A stretch of DNA of 64,000 nt from an uncultured Thermoleophilia bacterium (GCA_963702475.1 CAVPCT010000004.1:160001-224000); one strand, 5' to 3'. Positions 28,833-39,326 are shown, numbered from the stretch's first letter. Program-made: numbers and translations. Notes: generated by a model from the letters alone, not told the origin.

Positions 28833-30002
28833 TCATAGCCCGGCGGCCCGCCTGAGCAGCTCCCTGTAGCGCTCGCCGATCACCGCGGGGGTGTGGCGCG
28901 CGAGCGCCAGCTCACGTCCTCGCGCGCCGATCTCCCGCCGCTGCCCGGGGTGCAGCCGCAGGATGGACGCCAAGGCAGCGGCGACCTGCTCGGCCGAGGT
29001 GCCGTCCACCACGAGGCCGGTCCGGCCCTCAGTCACGGCCTCGGGAGCGCCGCCCGACCGGCCGGCCACGACCGGAAGGCCGGTGAGCGCGGCCTCCGCG
29101 AACACGATGCCGAAGCCCTCCACCTCGAAGCCGCCCCAGCGGGTGCGGCAGGGCGAGGCGAAGAGGTCGGCGGCGCGGAGCCAGTCCTCGACGGCGGCGT
29201 CGACCAGGGCGCCCGTGAGGTGCACCCGGTCGCCCACGCCGCGCCGCTGGGCGTGGTCGTACAGCCGGGTGGCCATACGGCCCTCGCCGATGATCGCGAG
29301 ATGCAGGCGCGGGAACTCCCGGCGCAGCATGGCGAGCGCGTCGATGAGCTTGTCCTGACCCTTGCGCGGGACCAGGCGCCCGAGGCACACGACCAGCTCG
29401 CCGCCGTCGATGCCGAGGCGGCGGCGGATCTCGAGAGCCTGTTCGCCGTCGGCCGCCGGAGTGTACCCGTCCACATTGAGCGGCGGCCGCAACACCTCCG
29501 CCGGCACGCGCCCGCCGACCTGGCCGGAGGCGGCCCTCGCGGTGTACGCACTCACGGTGAGGAGCATGGCGGCGTTGCCCAACACGTGCCGCAGCAGGGT
29601 GTTGACCCCCGGCACCGCGCCCGGCAGCGTGACCTCCGCGCCGCCGAGAAAGACGACGTAGGGCAGGCCGAGCTCCTTCTTGAGCTGCGGCCCGAGCAGC
29701 CCGGCCGGCAGAGGGTGCCCGAGCTGGATGAGCTCGGCGCCCACACTGTTCGCCAGCTCCGCCGTGTGGCGCCGCAACGAAGGCGTCGGCCAGAGCACGC
29801 TCATCGGAGCGCGCACGACCTTGTACTGGTGCGTCGCGTCGAATGCCGCGGCGTCGACGTGCGCCGGAGCGAGGATGGTGACGTCGGCAGGGTCGAGCGT
29901 GCGGATGACGCCCCAGTAATACGACTGGGCGCCACCGATGCGCGGGGGGAAGTCGTTGGTGACGAAGAGCGTGCGTGGTGCCCGCTCGGCTGACGTGCTC
30001 AC
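28833..30002 (-). CDS. GT4 glycosyltransferase, PimB'-like
   Basis: LFVTNDFPPRIGG.QSY, GRLVPRKGQD.LI, PCRTR.GG.EVEGFGIVF.EA and GRSGGAPE motifs. Confidence 0.88.
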   Translation of the reverse strand: MSTSAERAPRTLFVTNDFPPRIGGAQSYYWGVIRTLDPADVTILAPAHVDAAAFDATHQYKVVRAPMSVLWPTPSLRRHTAELANSVGAELIQLGHPLPAGLLGPQLKKELGLPYVVFLGGAEVTLPGAVPGVNTLLRHVLGNAAMLLTVSAYTARAASGQVGGRVPAEVLRPPLNVDGYTPAADGEQALEIRRRLGIDGGELVVCLGRLVPRKGQDKLIDALAMLRREFPRLHLAIIGEGRMATRLYDHAQRRGVGDRVHLTGALVDAAVEDWLRAADLFASPCRTRWGGFEVEGFGIVFAEAALTGLPVVAGRSGGAPEAVTEGRTGLVVDGTSAEQVAAALASILRLHPGQRREIGARGRELALARHTPAVIGERYRELLRRAAGL

Positions 30003-30125
30003 TGTCAGGACGTTTCCTCCCGTCGTCGCCCAGGCACCCCGCCACAGCGAGGCTGCCGACACTCTACCATGCGGCTGCTTCACGAGACGGTACGCGCCGG
30101 CCGAGACCGGCACGCGGCGGCGGGT

Positions 30126-30917
30126 TCAGGCCAGCTCGAGCGCCTCGCGCAGAGCGCGGAGGAGCTCGGCAGGCTGCACCGGTTTGTCCAGGAACCCGGC
30201 GGCGCCGGCGGCCGGTTCGGCCTCGCGCTGCCGGGCGTCCTTGCCGTCGCCGAGCAGCACGATGGGCACGCCGGCGAGCTGCGGCATCGCGCGCATGCGC
30301 TTCATCACGGTCGGGCCGTCGCCGCCGGGCAACGTCATGCCGACCAGGGCGACGTCGGGGCGGGTGCGCACGGCCGCCGACACGGCGGCGATGGCGTCGG
30401 CGGCCGTCGTCACCTCCAGCCCGCGCCGCCGCAGCTCGGCAGCCAACGAGAAGAGCACCTCGCCGTCGTCGTCCACGAGCAGGACGCGGCGGCCGGCAAG
30501 CTCCTCCCAACCCGTCTCGCCACCGCCGTCGGCGGAGGAGACGGCAACGCCGAGCACGGCGTCGAGCGCCGCCAGCAGGTCCTCCGGCGCAGCCGGCTTC
30601 GTCAGGTAGGCGGCGGCGCCGGCGGAAAGCGCCTCGTCCCGGTACCGCTGCGGGTCGCGCCCCGACAGGATCACGATGGGCACACCCGCCAGAGCCGGCA
30701 GCGCGTGGAGCCGCTGCATGACCACAGTGCCGTCACCGCCCGGCAGCCCGATGTCCAGGATCACCGCCTGCGGTCGCTCCTTGACTGCGACGGCCACCGC
30801 GGACACCGCGTCGCCGGCCGCCAGGACCTCGTATCCCGCCCTGCGCAGCACAGCAGACTCGGCGACTATGAGGTCGGCGTCGTCGTCGACGAGCATGATG
30901 CGCGCCTTCGCCGTCAT
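30126..30917 (-). CDS. Response regulator with two tandem receiver domains and no output domain
   Basis: IMLVDDD...ILDIGLPGGDG...YLTKP, then VLLVDDD...LVGMTLPGGDG...FLDKP. Confidence 0.85.
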   Translation of the reverse strand: MTAKARIMLVDDDADLIVAESAVLRRAGYEVLAAGDAVSAVAVAVKERPQAVILDIGLPGGDGTVVMQRLHALPALAGVPIVILSGRDPQRYRDEALSAGAAAYLTKPAAPEDLLAALDAVLGVAVSSADGGGETGWEELAGRRVLLVDDDGEVLFSLAAELRRRGLEVTTAADAIAAVSAAVRTRPDVALVGMTLPGGDGPTVMKRMRAMPQLAGVPIVLLGDGKDARQREAEPAAGAAGFLDKPVQPAELLRALREALELA

Positions 30918-30930
30918 CGGCCCTGCTCCC

Positions 30931-31665
30931 TCACCCGGGGGCGGCCGGCAGCGACACCGTGACGGTGGTGCCCGCGCCGGGTGCACTGACCAGTTCGACA
31001 CCGGCGCCGTTGACGCCTGCGAGCCTGCGGCAGACCCACAGGCCGATGCCCATCCCCGGCTCCCCAGTCTCCTCGGCGGCGGCCCCGCGGACGCCGAAGT
31101 CGAAGGCGGCCGCGGCGTCGGCTTCGTTCATGCCGCGACCGTGGTCCTGCACGGTGAGCACGACCCGCCCGTCGTCCCCCCGAGCGACGCTCAGCTGCAC
31201 ACCCCCGCCTCCGTACCGCAGGGCGTTGTCGACGAGGTTCCTGACGATGCAACGCACGTGCTCGGGATCGGCCCAGGCGACGGCCGGCTCGCCGTCGCGC
31301 ACGACCCGGACGGCCCTTGGCTCACGGTCCGCGCCGCACAGCCGCGCGACGACGTCCTCGGCCGAGTCGGCCACGCGCACGGCCGAAGGTTCCGGCTCAT
31401 ACCCGGCGCACTCGAGCCAGCCGCTCTCGGCAGCGGACCCGACCAGGGCATTGAGCCGCTTCACGTTGCGCTCGAGCATGACGAGATAGTCGCGCTGCGC
31501 GTCGGTGAGAGGGCCTGCGCCCTCGTCGAGCAGCAGGGACAGCAGCGGGTACATGACGGCGAGCGGAGAGCGCAGCTCGTGCCGCACGAACGACTGGCGT
31601 TCGAGACAGGCGGCGCGGCCCTCGGCGCCGGCCGCGCCCGTCGGGGTTGGGTCCCTCGCGGTCAA
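30931..31665 (-). CDS. Histidine kinase core (HisKA + HATPase) lacking a sensor domain
   Basis: RHELRSPL H-box, NLVDNALRY N-box, VQDHGRG G1 and GMGIGL G2. Confidence 0.85.
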   Translation of the reverse strand: MTARDPTPTGAAGAEGRAACLERQSFVRHELRSPLAVMYPLLSLLLDEGAGPLTDAQRDYLVMLERNVKRLNALVGSAAESGWLECAGYEPEPSAVRVADSAEDVVARLCGADREPRAVRVVRDGEPAVAWADPEHVRCIVRNLVDNALRYGGGGVQLSVARGDDGRVVLTVQDHGRGMNEADAAAAFDFGVRGAAAEETGEPGMGIGLWVCRRLAGVNGAGVELVSAPGAGTTVTVSLPAAPG

Positions 31666-31699
31666 GCTCGTCTCGTCGCGGCTCGGGCGCGACCGTCCG

Positions 31700-32125
31700 T
31701 CACTGGGCCGTGTAGATGAGCGACTCGTTGCCGTCGGCGTCGTACAGCGTGAGCGTCGTGTCGTCCACAGCCACGGACTTCGCGGCGCCGAGCAGCTCGA
31801 GATAGGCGGCCTCCGCCTGCATGTCGGCCTCTGGGCCCGCCATCTTGGTGCTCGCCAGCGGGCCCGCGGAGAAGGCGTCGTCCGGTCCCACGGTGTACGG
31901 CCCGTTGTACTGGTTGACGGCCGCGCTGCCGGCGATCGACCCGTCCTTGAACTCGGCCGTGATCGTGAGATCGTTGGGATCGTGCGCGCTCACGGACCAG
32001 CCGGTGAGGCGCCAGGATGTCCCGTCCAGTTCCGGTGTCTCGCTTCCCGAGCCGCAGCCGACCGCCGCGGCCGCCAGTGCCACAAGACCACACGCCACCA
32101 GCACCACACCGAAGACCCGTCTCAT
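31700..32125 (-). CDS. META (HslJ) domain lipoprotein
   Basis: Lipobox AVGC, L.GTSWRL, ITAEF.DG.IAG...VN.Y.G.Y, LASTKMA...MQAE..YL. Confidence 0.85.
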   Translation of the reverse strand: MRRVFGVVLVACGLVALAAAAVGCGSGSETPELDGTSWRLTGWSVSAHDPNDLTITAEFKDGSIAGSAAVNQYNGPYTVGPDDAFSAGPLASTKMAGPEADMQAEAAYLELLGAAKSVAVDDTTLTLYDADGNESLIYTAQ

Positions 32126-32259
32126 GATCCCCCCCGCTGTCGACACTGCCGTGCGGAGTCTCTCACAGAGGGGCGGGACGCACTATGCGCCCGTCGTCGA
32201 TGCGACGTCTCGCGCACCTTCCGCTGCGCGCGCGGCGCGAGAGGCGCCGCAGTACCTCG

Positions 32260-33342
32260 TCATCGAGATGCCGGAGGGCTGACCTCGCGCCCCTCCGTGG
32301 CGCGCACCACGGCCCAGCGCGCGACCTGCGTCACCAGCAAAACGGCGATCACCCCCGCGATCGTCAGACCGACGCGCTGCCCGGCGGCCTCGAGGGTCCT
32401 GTCTCCCCCATACGGCACGACCATCAGGATCATGGCGGGCGTGGTGATGATGGTGTAGATCCAGTAGCCGTGGCCCAGCTCCACCGCCGGATGGGAGAGG
32501 CGGTAGCTCCAGGCGACGATGAAGAACGCGAACGCGACGATGGCCGACTGCCAGGTCGCGGTGAGGACGAGGGCGAAACCGGCGGCGATCAGGGAGCCGG
32601 CGAGCGATCCGAAGAGACGCTGGGCGCTGCGACGCATCGTGCGCTCGTCGGTGGGCTGCGCCAGCACGACGATGGTGATCATGAGCCACGAGGCCACAGG
32701 GCCGCGGTCCCATGCGAGCACAGCGGCCGTACCGACCAGGAGGGTCACCCCAAGAGCGACCGCGTTGACCACGACGTCCGGCCAGCCGACCGGCGGGGAG
32801 TGCCGGGGAGCGTGATGGTGGCGGAGCACCAGCCGCAGCACGACGGCTCCGAGAACGCCTCCGACCACGATGGCGAGCGCGATGCCGGCGGCCCCCTGCC
32901 ACGACCCCGGCGCGGCGTTGCCCGGCACGTGGACCGGGAAGAACGCGCCCGCGGTGAAGACGGCCAAGGCCATCACCACGGTGCGCCAGCCGACGCGCCC
33001 GCCGAAGGCCATGGCGACGCCGACGAGCGCCATGAGCACGCCGGACTGCCACGGCGAGTGCGTGACCAGGAACGCCGCCCCGCAGAGCGCGGCCTGGACT
33101 GCCACCGCCAGCAGGGCGTCCCGCAGCCGCCCGCGCAGCAGCACGGTGAGGGCACCGATCATGACCCCGGGAGCGGATGCGATGGCCAGCTCCGGAAGAG
33201 CCAGGGCGATGACGACGAGGAGGACCGCGATGAGCGCGAAGAAGAGGAGGAGCTCCCGCGCGACGTGCCAGAAGCTGCGCGGCCCGGGGCGGTGAGCAGG
33301 GCCGGTGGTCTGGGGCTGCGGTTGCGTATCCGTTCCCGTCAC
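32260..33342 (-). CDS. FUSC-like integral membrane protein
   Basis: Multiple transmembrane segments; WLMITIVVLAQP...T..RS.QRL.GS.AG and RVGLTIAG motifs. Confidence 0.65.
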   Translation of the reverse strand: MTGTDTQPQPQTTGPAHRPGPRSFWHVARELLLFFALIAVLLVVIALALPELAIASAPGVMIGALTVLLRGRLRDALLAVAVQAALCGAAFLVTHSPWQSGVLMALVGVAMAFGGRVGWRTVVMALAVFTAGAFFPVHVPGNAAPGSWQGAAGIALAIVVGGVLGAVVLRLVLRHHHAPRHSPPVGWPDVVVNAVALGVTLLVGTAAVLAWDRGPVASWLMITIVVLAQPTDERTMRRSAQRLFGSLAGSLIAAGFALVLTATWQSAIVAFAFFIVAWSYRLSHPAVELGHGYWIYTIITTPAMILMVVPYGGDRTLEAAGQRVGLTIAGVIAVLLVTQVARWAVVRATEGREVSPPASR

Positions 33343-33468
33343 GAGTCCCTCCGGCCACGGTGGCCGGCGCCAAGGCGCGACGCGCGGCTCTGCGCCTTCC
33401 GGTCCAGCCTATCAAGATGACACCCCGCGGTGCGCCCGTCCGGTCGGCGCGGTAGGCTACAGAGGGCC

Positions 33469-34458
33469 ATGAGCGTCGGCGACCTCGACAACGACACCGC
33501 GCAGCACACCGGGCACTCCCCCGAGCACCTGCTGCCGCCCAAGGCCGCTCTCGAGGAGCGGATCCGGCGGCAGCGGACGGCCGCGCTCCTCGTCAACACG
33601 CACTCCCGGCGCGGCCGCGACCTCTTCGAGGCCACGATCCGGCTGCTCGCCGCCGAGGGATACCGCGTCTCGGCGGCGTTCCCGGTGCACGACATCGGGT
33701 CCCTCGGCGCCGCCATCGAGCACGCCGTCGCCAGCGGGTCCTCGCTCGTTGTGGTGGGGAGCGGCGACGGCACCGTCAGCGAGGTGGTCGGCCACCTCGC
33801 CTACCGCGACGTCGCCCTGGGCCTCCTGCCGCTGGGCACCACCAACAACTTCGCCCGCAATCTCGGCCTGCCGTTCTCGCTGGAGCAGGCCGTGCGGGTC
33901 ATCACCCGCGGCAAGGTCGTCGACATCGACCTCGGCAAGGTGGACGACCACTACTTCGCCAACGTCGCCAGCATCGGTGTGTCGGTGGAGGTGGCCCGCA
34001 ACGTCTCCGCGCGTCTCAAGCGCGTGGTCGGGCGCCCGGCCTACACCGTCGCGGGCGCCCGCGCGTTCGTGAGCCACGAGCCGTTCCGCGCCGTCCTACG
34101 CACGCCGCATGCGCGCCACGAGTTCCACACCCACCAGCTCGTCGTGGCCAACGGCGGCTATCACGGGGGGCGCATCATCGCGCACGGGGCCAGCGTCGAG
34201 GACCGGGAGCTGACCATCTTCCCCCTCGGCGACCACCGCCGGTCGCGGTTCGTCGCCGGCCTCGCGGCCTACGCCTACGGTCGCCGCAAGTACGTGGCCG
34301 ACGGCGACTTCATCAGCACGCCGGAGGCGGTGATCGAGTGTGACCCGCCGCGCCTCGTTGAGATCGACGGCGAGATCCAGGCCATCACGCCCATCACCGT
34401 GTCGGTCGCCCGGCAGGCCCTGCGCATCATGGCGCCGCAGGACTTCGAGGATCTCTGA
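33469..34458 (+). CDS. Diacylglycerol/lipid kinase family protein (YegS/DAGK)
   Basis: LLVN.HSRRG, VVVGSGDGT, LGLLPLGTTNNFAR.LG, VANGGYHGG and IDGE motifs. Confidence 0.9.
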   Translation: MSVGDLDNDTAQHTGHSPEHLLPPKAALEERIRRQRTAALLVNTHSRRGRDLFEATIRLLAAEGYRVSAAFPVHDIGSLGAAIEHAVASGSSLVVVGSGDGTVSEVVGHLAYRDVALGLLPLGTTNNFARNLGLPFSLEQAVRVITRGKVVDIDLGKVDDHYFANVASIGVSVEVARNVSARLKRVVGRPAYTVAGARAFVSHEPFRAVLRTPHARHEFHTHQLVVANGGYHGGRIIAHGASVEDRELTIFPLGDHRRSRFVAGLAAYAYGRRKYVADGDFISTPEAVIECDPPRLVEIDGEIQAITPITVSVARQALRIMAPQDFEDL

Positions 34459-34479
34459 GCTTCACGACAGCCCGGCGAG

Positions 34480-35642
34480 TCAGAGCAGCGCGCCGATCAG
34501 CTCTCGCGCGCGTGCCATCGACTCCTTGTTGACCTGTGAGTAGGTCGCCCGCAGCACGTTCGAAGAGGAGTGTCCGAGCATGTGTGAGAGCTCCTCGTCG
34601 GGGATGAGCCCTCGGAGCAGCGTCGCGTAGGTGTGCCGGCAGACGTAAGGCGACTTGCCGGCGAACGGCGTGCCGGCGAGCTCGCGCTTCACGCCTGCCG
34701 GAACGCTTGGACCGTCCACGGCCCGCCCGGGTACTTGCGGCGGTCGAGCGAGGGGAACACCAGGTCCTCGTCCTGCCAGCGCTCGACCCCGAGGCGGAAG
34801 GCGTGCTGCTCCGAGCGGTGCCTGTCGAGCATGACGACCACGTCCGGCGGCAGCGGCACGACGCGCTGTCCGCGCCTGGTCTTCAGGTCCTTGAGCCGCG
34901 CCGCCTGCCCGCCGACCTTCTCCAGCGACCGGTGGATCCACGCCGTCTGCCTGGCGTGGTCTACGTTTCTCCAGTGCAGCGCCAGCGCCTCACCTGGGCG
35001 CACTCCGGTGCCCAGAAGAAAGGCGGCCACGCTCCTGACCGCGCGTCCCCTCGGAGTAGCGGAGAATGCCTCGAGAAGCGCGCGGACGTCGTCGGCCGTC
35101 AGCACCTTCTTCTCCGGTGTGTCGACGGACGGAGCCTTGACGGCCAGGCAGGGATTCCACGCGATGAGTCCGTCGACCGCCGCCTGAGAGAGGATCGCGG
35201 AGAGGCGGACGGCGACCTCGCGTGCGCTCGTGCCGGAAAGGCCCTTGCGCACGCGGCCGTCAGACAGCTGCCGGTCTGCCCGGATCTCGCCGTAGAAGCG
35301 GCGCACCACCGCCGGGGTGATGTCGCTGAGGCGCATCTTGCCGAGGCGCGGCACGATGTGTGTGTCGATGACGTGGGCCCAGTGGTCGGCCGTCTTGGGC
35401 TGCGGCTTCATGTCGCGGATGGCACCCTCGTACCACTCCCTGCAGTAGACGGCGAACTCGCCCGTGGCCCGGAAGTCGAGCTTGCCGTGATCGCGCGAGT
35501 GAAGAAGCTCGCGCTCAGCGTGCCCGGCCTCCGCCTCCCTGCCCTGGACCGTCTTCCTGACGGACGGCCGGGAGCCGTCGGGCCGTCGGGGCCGCCTGGG
35601 CCTGACTCGGTGCAGATGCTTGCCACGTTTGTGAACGCTCAT
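34480..35642 (-). CDS. Tyrosine recombinase/integrase, frameshifted near 34695
   Basis: HIVPRLG...L.DITP, AV.DGLI..NP and TGVRPGEALAL.W, then in an adjacent frame PYVCRHTYATLL...SHMLGHS......TYS. Confidence 0.8.
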
Positions 35643-35816
35643 GGCGTCCAAGGTAGTGCCTCTCCGGGCGGAGGTGGTCCAATGTGAACCTCGGTCCGCG
35701 AAGGCACTCGCTACCCTCCGTTTCATCACTGCAGGTGACGAATAAGCCGTTACTTTCTCCAGAGAATCTGACCAAACAGCCTTGCCTTTCTTCCTATTTC
35801 GCTTCAGGATGGGCTC

Positions 35817-37142
35817 ATGCGCAGATTCGTGCAAGAGCGGCTCCTCTCCTGGAAGGACGCGTCGGACCGACACCCGTTGCTCGTGCGCGGCGCGCGCCAG
35901 GTGGGAAAGACCTGGTCGATCATCGACTTCGGGCGGGCGTCCTTCCCGGGAGCCGTCCACGTGGTCGACTTCGAGCAACGCCCCGCCGCGCGCGACTTCT
36001 TCCAAGGCGACCTCGATCCGCGCAGGGTACTGACCGGGCTCGAACTGCTGCTCGGTGCCCCGGTAAGGCCCGGCCGCGACCTCCTGTTCCTTGACGAGAT
36101 CCAGGCGTGTCCACGTGCGCTCGTCGCGCTGCGCTACTTCTACGAGCAGATGCCCGAGCTCCACGTGATCGCAGCTGGCTCCCTGGTGGAGTTCGCTCTC
36201 GCCGAGATCTCCTTCCCCGTTGGCCGCATCGACTACGTGACCATGCGACCCATGACGTTCGTCGAGTACCTGTGGGCGATCGGCAACGAAGTCATGGCCG
36301 AGGTCGTCCTCGACGGCCCGCGCGCTCAACCCGAGACTACGCACACGCTCGTGCTCGAGGAGCTGCGCCGCTACTTCTACGTCGGTGGCATGCCAGCGGC
36401 GGTGAGCGCCTACGTTGCGGGCCTCAGTCTGCAGACGGCCTTCGCTCGTCAGGACGCCCTGGTGCAAAGCTACCGCGACGACTTCGGCAAGTACGCATCG
36501 AAAGCTTCCAGGCGCTGCCTGGACGAGGTGCTCGTCTCCACGGCCCGGAGCGTCGGCAAGCCGGTCAAGTACGCGCGGCTGGCCCCCGGCTTCAGAAGCG
36601 ACGTGGTCCACACGGCCTTCGACCTGCTCGCAAGAGCAGGTCTGCTGCGCTCGGTACCCACGACCAGCCCGGCTGGGCTGCCGCTGGCACTCTCAGCCAA
36701 CCATAGGCGGTTCAAGGCGCAGCTCCTCGACGTCGGACTTCTTCAGCGCCTCTCGGGGATGCCCGCCGACGCAGAGTACGGCAAGGGGAGTCTTCTGGCG
36801 ATGTACGCAGGCGCACTGGCCGAGCAGTTCGTGGGACAGGAGCTCGTGGCTTCGCTGGGCGACGAGATCTACTGCTGGTTGCGCCCGCAGAAGGGCAGCT
36901 CGGCCGAGGTCGACTTCGTGGTCGCCGCCGATGGCCGCGTAGTCCCCATCGAGGTGAAGAGCGGACCATCCGGTCGACTGCGAAGCATGCACCTGCTGCT
37001 GGAGGAGTACCCGAAGTGCGTGCCCGGCCTGGTGCTTTCTGAGGCACCCTACGCTGAGCTGCCCGAGCAGGGTCTGGTCTTCGTCCCGTTGTACTACGCC
37101 GGGACGCTCTTCGCAGGAAGCTGCGCGTACTGCGTCACGTGA
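35817..37142 (+). CDS. AAA+ ATPase with DUF4143 domain (AAA_14 family)
   Basis: PLLVRGARQVGKT Walker A, LFLDEIQ Walker B, FPVGR, YVGGMP and AEVDF...PIEVKSG. Confidence 0.9.
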   Translation: MRRFVQERLLSWKDASDRHPLLVRGARQVGKTWSIIDFGRASFPGAVHVVDFEQRPAARDFFQGDLDPRRVLTGLELLLGAPVRPGRDLLFLDEIQACPRALVALRYFYEQMPELHVIAAGSLVEFALAEISFPVGRIDYVTMRPMTFVEYLWAIGNEVMAEVVLDGPRAQPETTHTLVLEELRRYFYVGGMPAAVSAYVAGLSLQTAFARQDALVQSYRDDFGKYASKASRRCLDEVLVSTARSVGKPVKYARLAPGFRSDVVHTAFDLLARAGLLRSVPTTSPAGLPLALSANHRRFKAQLLDVGLLQRLSGMPADAEYGKGSLLAMYAGALAEQFVGQELVASLGDEIYCWLRPQKGSSAEVDFVVAADGRVVPIEVKSGPSGRLRSMHLLLEEYPKCVPGLVLSEAPYAELPEQGLVFVPLYYAGTLFAGSCAYCVT

Positions 37143-37190
37143 CACAGGTCACGTAGACGTTGGGTCACGCCGGCCGGAGACCCGGGCATA

Positions 37191-37287
37191 CGGACAGCGA
37201 AGCGGACAGCGACGGCACAAACGGACAGCGGAGCGCGCGGATCACACGGATCGAGCGGATTGCGCACACAGCGGACAGAGGACAGCG
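37191..37287 (+). repeat. Clustered CGGACAGCG direct repeats
   Basis: Exact copies at 37191, 37203 and 37222; variants at 37272 and 37280. Confidence 0.6.
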
Positions 37288-37296
37288 GAAGGACCG

Positions 37297-37371
37297 TGGT
37301 GGGCGATGCTGGATTTGAACCAGCGACTCCCTGCTTGTAAGGCAGGTGCTCTACCCCTGAGCTAATCGCCC
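37297..37371 (-). tRNA. tRNA-Val (TAC)
   Basis: GGGCGATTAGCTCAGGGGTAGAGCACCTGCCTTACAAGCAGGGAGTCGCTGGTTCAAATCCAGCATCGCCCACCA. Confidence 0.97.
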
Positions 37372-37688
37372 GTGGAGCTGGAAGTATACGACGGCGCCAT
37401 ACCTCCGCGCGGGCCGACGTCAAGCCCAGACACAGATGCGGAAAGGGCGGGCGCCCCTCCGGCCGCCCGCCCCTCAGTCCACCGCTCCTCCAGAGCCGAT
37501 CCCGGCTGTCACCTGGCTGTGGGCCGATTCGCAGACCCGCCGACCGCAGACCCGCGCGGCCAAGTCGACTGGGGGGCGCCGGGGCTCGATTCACGCCACG
37601 CGTTCAGCACGCGTCCGACGTTGGGCGTCCCCCCCTGGGGCATGTTGTTCCGGAGGTTGTGCAGACGCCAGGCGCGATCCGGAGTCTG

Positions 37689-37727
37689 GCGCGGCGGGCG
37701 GCGGCCCTTCGGCTCCGCCCGCCGCGC
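37689..37727 (-). terminator. GC-rich hairpin downstream of the secreted-protein gene
   Basis: 13-bp stem GCGCGGCGGGCGG / CCGCCCGCCGCGC, about 20 nt after the stop at 37747; no U-tract. Confidence 0.45.
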
Positions 37728-37746
37728 TCGGCCGGTCAGCCAGGCC

Positions 37747-39003
37747 TCACTTCACGGTCAGCTTGGCCTGGGCCACGTTCTCCTGAGTGTTGCCGGCCAA
37801 GTCGGTGGCGTAGACGTACCAGGTGTAGGTGCCCTTCTTGAGGTTGCACTTGAAGCTCGCGGTCTGGCTCTCGTTCACCTGCACGTCGTCCTTGGTGACC
37901 GTCTTGGCCGTTGAGCCGTTGCCGCGCTTGATCTTGATCACGACGTCCGCGGTGGGACTCAGGCCGGCCGGCTCGCCGATGCGGTACTTGAGCTTGGCCG
38001 TCTTGCCCTTCTTGACGCTGACGTTACCCAGCGCCTCGGTCTCGGGCTTCGTCGTGTCGATCTTGACGGTCGCCTGGGCCGTGCCCACCTTGTTGCACCA
38101 GTCGAGCGCCTGGACCGAGACCTGGACAGCTCCCTGGCTGGCGATCGGCACGGTGTACGACGAGCCGTCCGTCCACGCGGCGACGCCTGGCGGCGCCATG
38201 TACTGGATCTTCTGCACGCCGGACTGCGAATCGGATGCGGTGAACGTCAGCGCCACCGGGCTGTTGTGCCAGGCGTCATCCGCGCCGTTGATGGTCACCG
38301 TCGGCGTAGTGGTCTCCGGCGCCACTGTGATCGGCAGACCCCCGGCGCTCGATGTCCCCGGAGGGAAGGGCGGATTCCTCACGGTGACCATCAGGGTGGG
38401 TACCGGAGCGGCCATATGGGCCGGGGTGAGCGGGACGGTGAGCTGCGTGGCGCTCACGAACGCGGTGCTGGTCGTCTCGCCCCCGTTGATCACGATGCGG
38501 GAGCCGCTCACGAAGTTGGTGCCGGTGACGGTGAGGACGACGTCGGTCCTCACGCAGCCGGCCCAGACCGAGGTGGGGTTGATGGTCCCCATGGTGGGGG
38601 GTGGGGCGGCGGTGACGGTGAACGCGTTTCCGAGAGTGGTCTGGTCCTTGGTCCAGAACTGGACGTTGTACAGCTTGTGACTCTGCGTGGCTTTGAGCTC
38701 GTAGGTCCCTTCAGGGGCGGAGGACGGCAGAGAGAACGTGACGTTGGCTCTGCCGGAGTCCCAGCTGTCGGTGGTGCCGGAGACCGTCGTCGCCCCCTTG
38801 ACAAGTTCGAACGAGGGCTTCTCCGCCTCGAACACGATGTTGTTGGTATAGAACGTGCCCTCGACCGTGCAGGCGACTGACTGCCCGCGGGCGCCTGAGG
38901 AGGGAGTGACGCTCGTGACGGCGATCTCGGCCAGCGCCGCCGGCGCACAGAGCGCCATCACCGCCATCACGCAGACGCTCAGGAACAAGAACCGCCTTCC
39001 CAT
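37747..39003 (-). CDS. Secreted protein with IPT/TIG and Ig-like domains
   Basis: Signal peptide ending APAALA, VTSVTPSSG, TVTGTNFVSGS.I.ING, F.ASD..SGV..I.Y and C-terminal YATDLAGN. Confidence 0.75.
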   Translation of the reverse strand: MGRRFLFLSVCVMAVMALCAPAALAEIAVTSVTPSSGARGQSVACTVEGTFYTNNIVFEAEKPSFELVKGATTVSGTTDSWDSGRANVTFSLPSSAPEGTYELKATQSHKLYNVQFWTKDQTTLGNAFTVTAAPPPTMGTINPTSVWAGCVRTDVVLTVTGTNFVSGSRIVINGGETTSTAFVSATQLTVPLTPAHMAAPVPTLMVTVRNPPFPPGTSSAGGLPITVAPETTTPTVTINGADDAWHNSPVALTFTASDSQSGVQKIQYMAPPGVAAWTDGSSYTVPIASQGAVQVSVQALDWCNKVGTAQATVKIDTTKPETEALGNVSVKKGKTAKLKYRIGEPAGLSPTADVVIKIKRGNGSTAKTVTKDDVQVNESQTASFKCNLKKGTYTWYVYATDLAGNTQENVAQAKLTVK

Positions 39004-39326
39004 GACCCCTCCTCACGCTGCCGCTCGGTGGACGAGGCGGAATGGCGCGGGGGTGCCGCGGATGCGATCCCGCCTCGAAGTGGTGCCTACACCGTCCTAT
39101 CGACAACAACGGGGAATCCTGTAGTCCACGAGCTCAGTGTCGCCTGGAGACCCTCGACCATCCCGCGGAGTCTGCCCTGCGCCGAGGGCGTGGCCCTCTG
39201 CCAATAGGCGGACGCCGGCCGGGACGGGCTCGGCCGGCCGGACGTGGAGGCGCTACGGAGGACTGGGGCCGCGGCGAAAACCCTCTTGAAGGGCGCACCG
39301 TGAGGGGACGCCGCGTCGCCCTCGCC

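Larger units (their letters stand above)
34480..37296. mobile_element. Small integrase-bearing islet or remnant at the 3' side of tRNA-Val
   Basis: Integrase plus DUF4143 ATPase lie immediately downstream of tRNA-Val, with a somewhat more AT-rich spacer. No att direct repeat was found. Confidence 0.5.

Noticed and set aside
34440-34480. att direct repeat of the tRNA-Val 3' end
   Set aside because: No copy of the tRNA 3' sequence was seen beyond the integrase.
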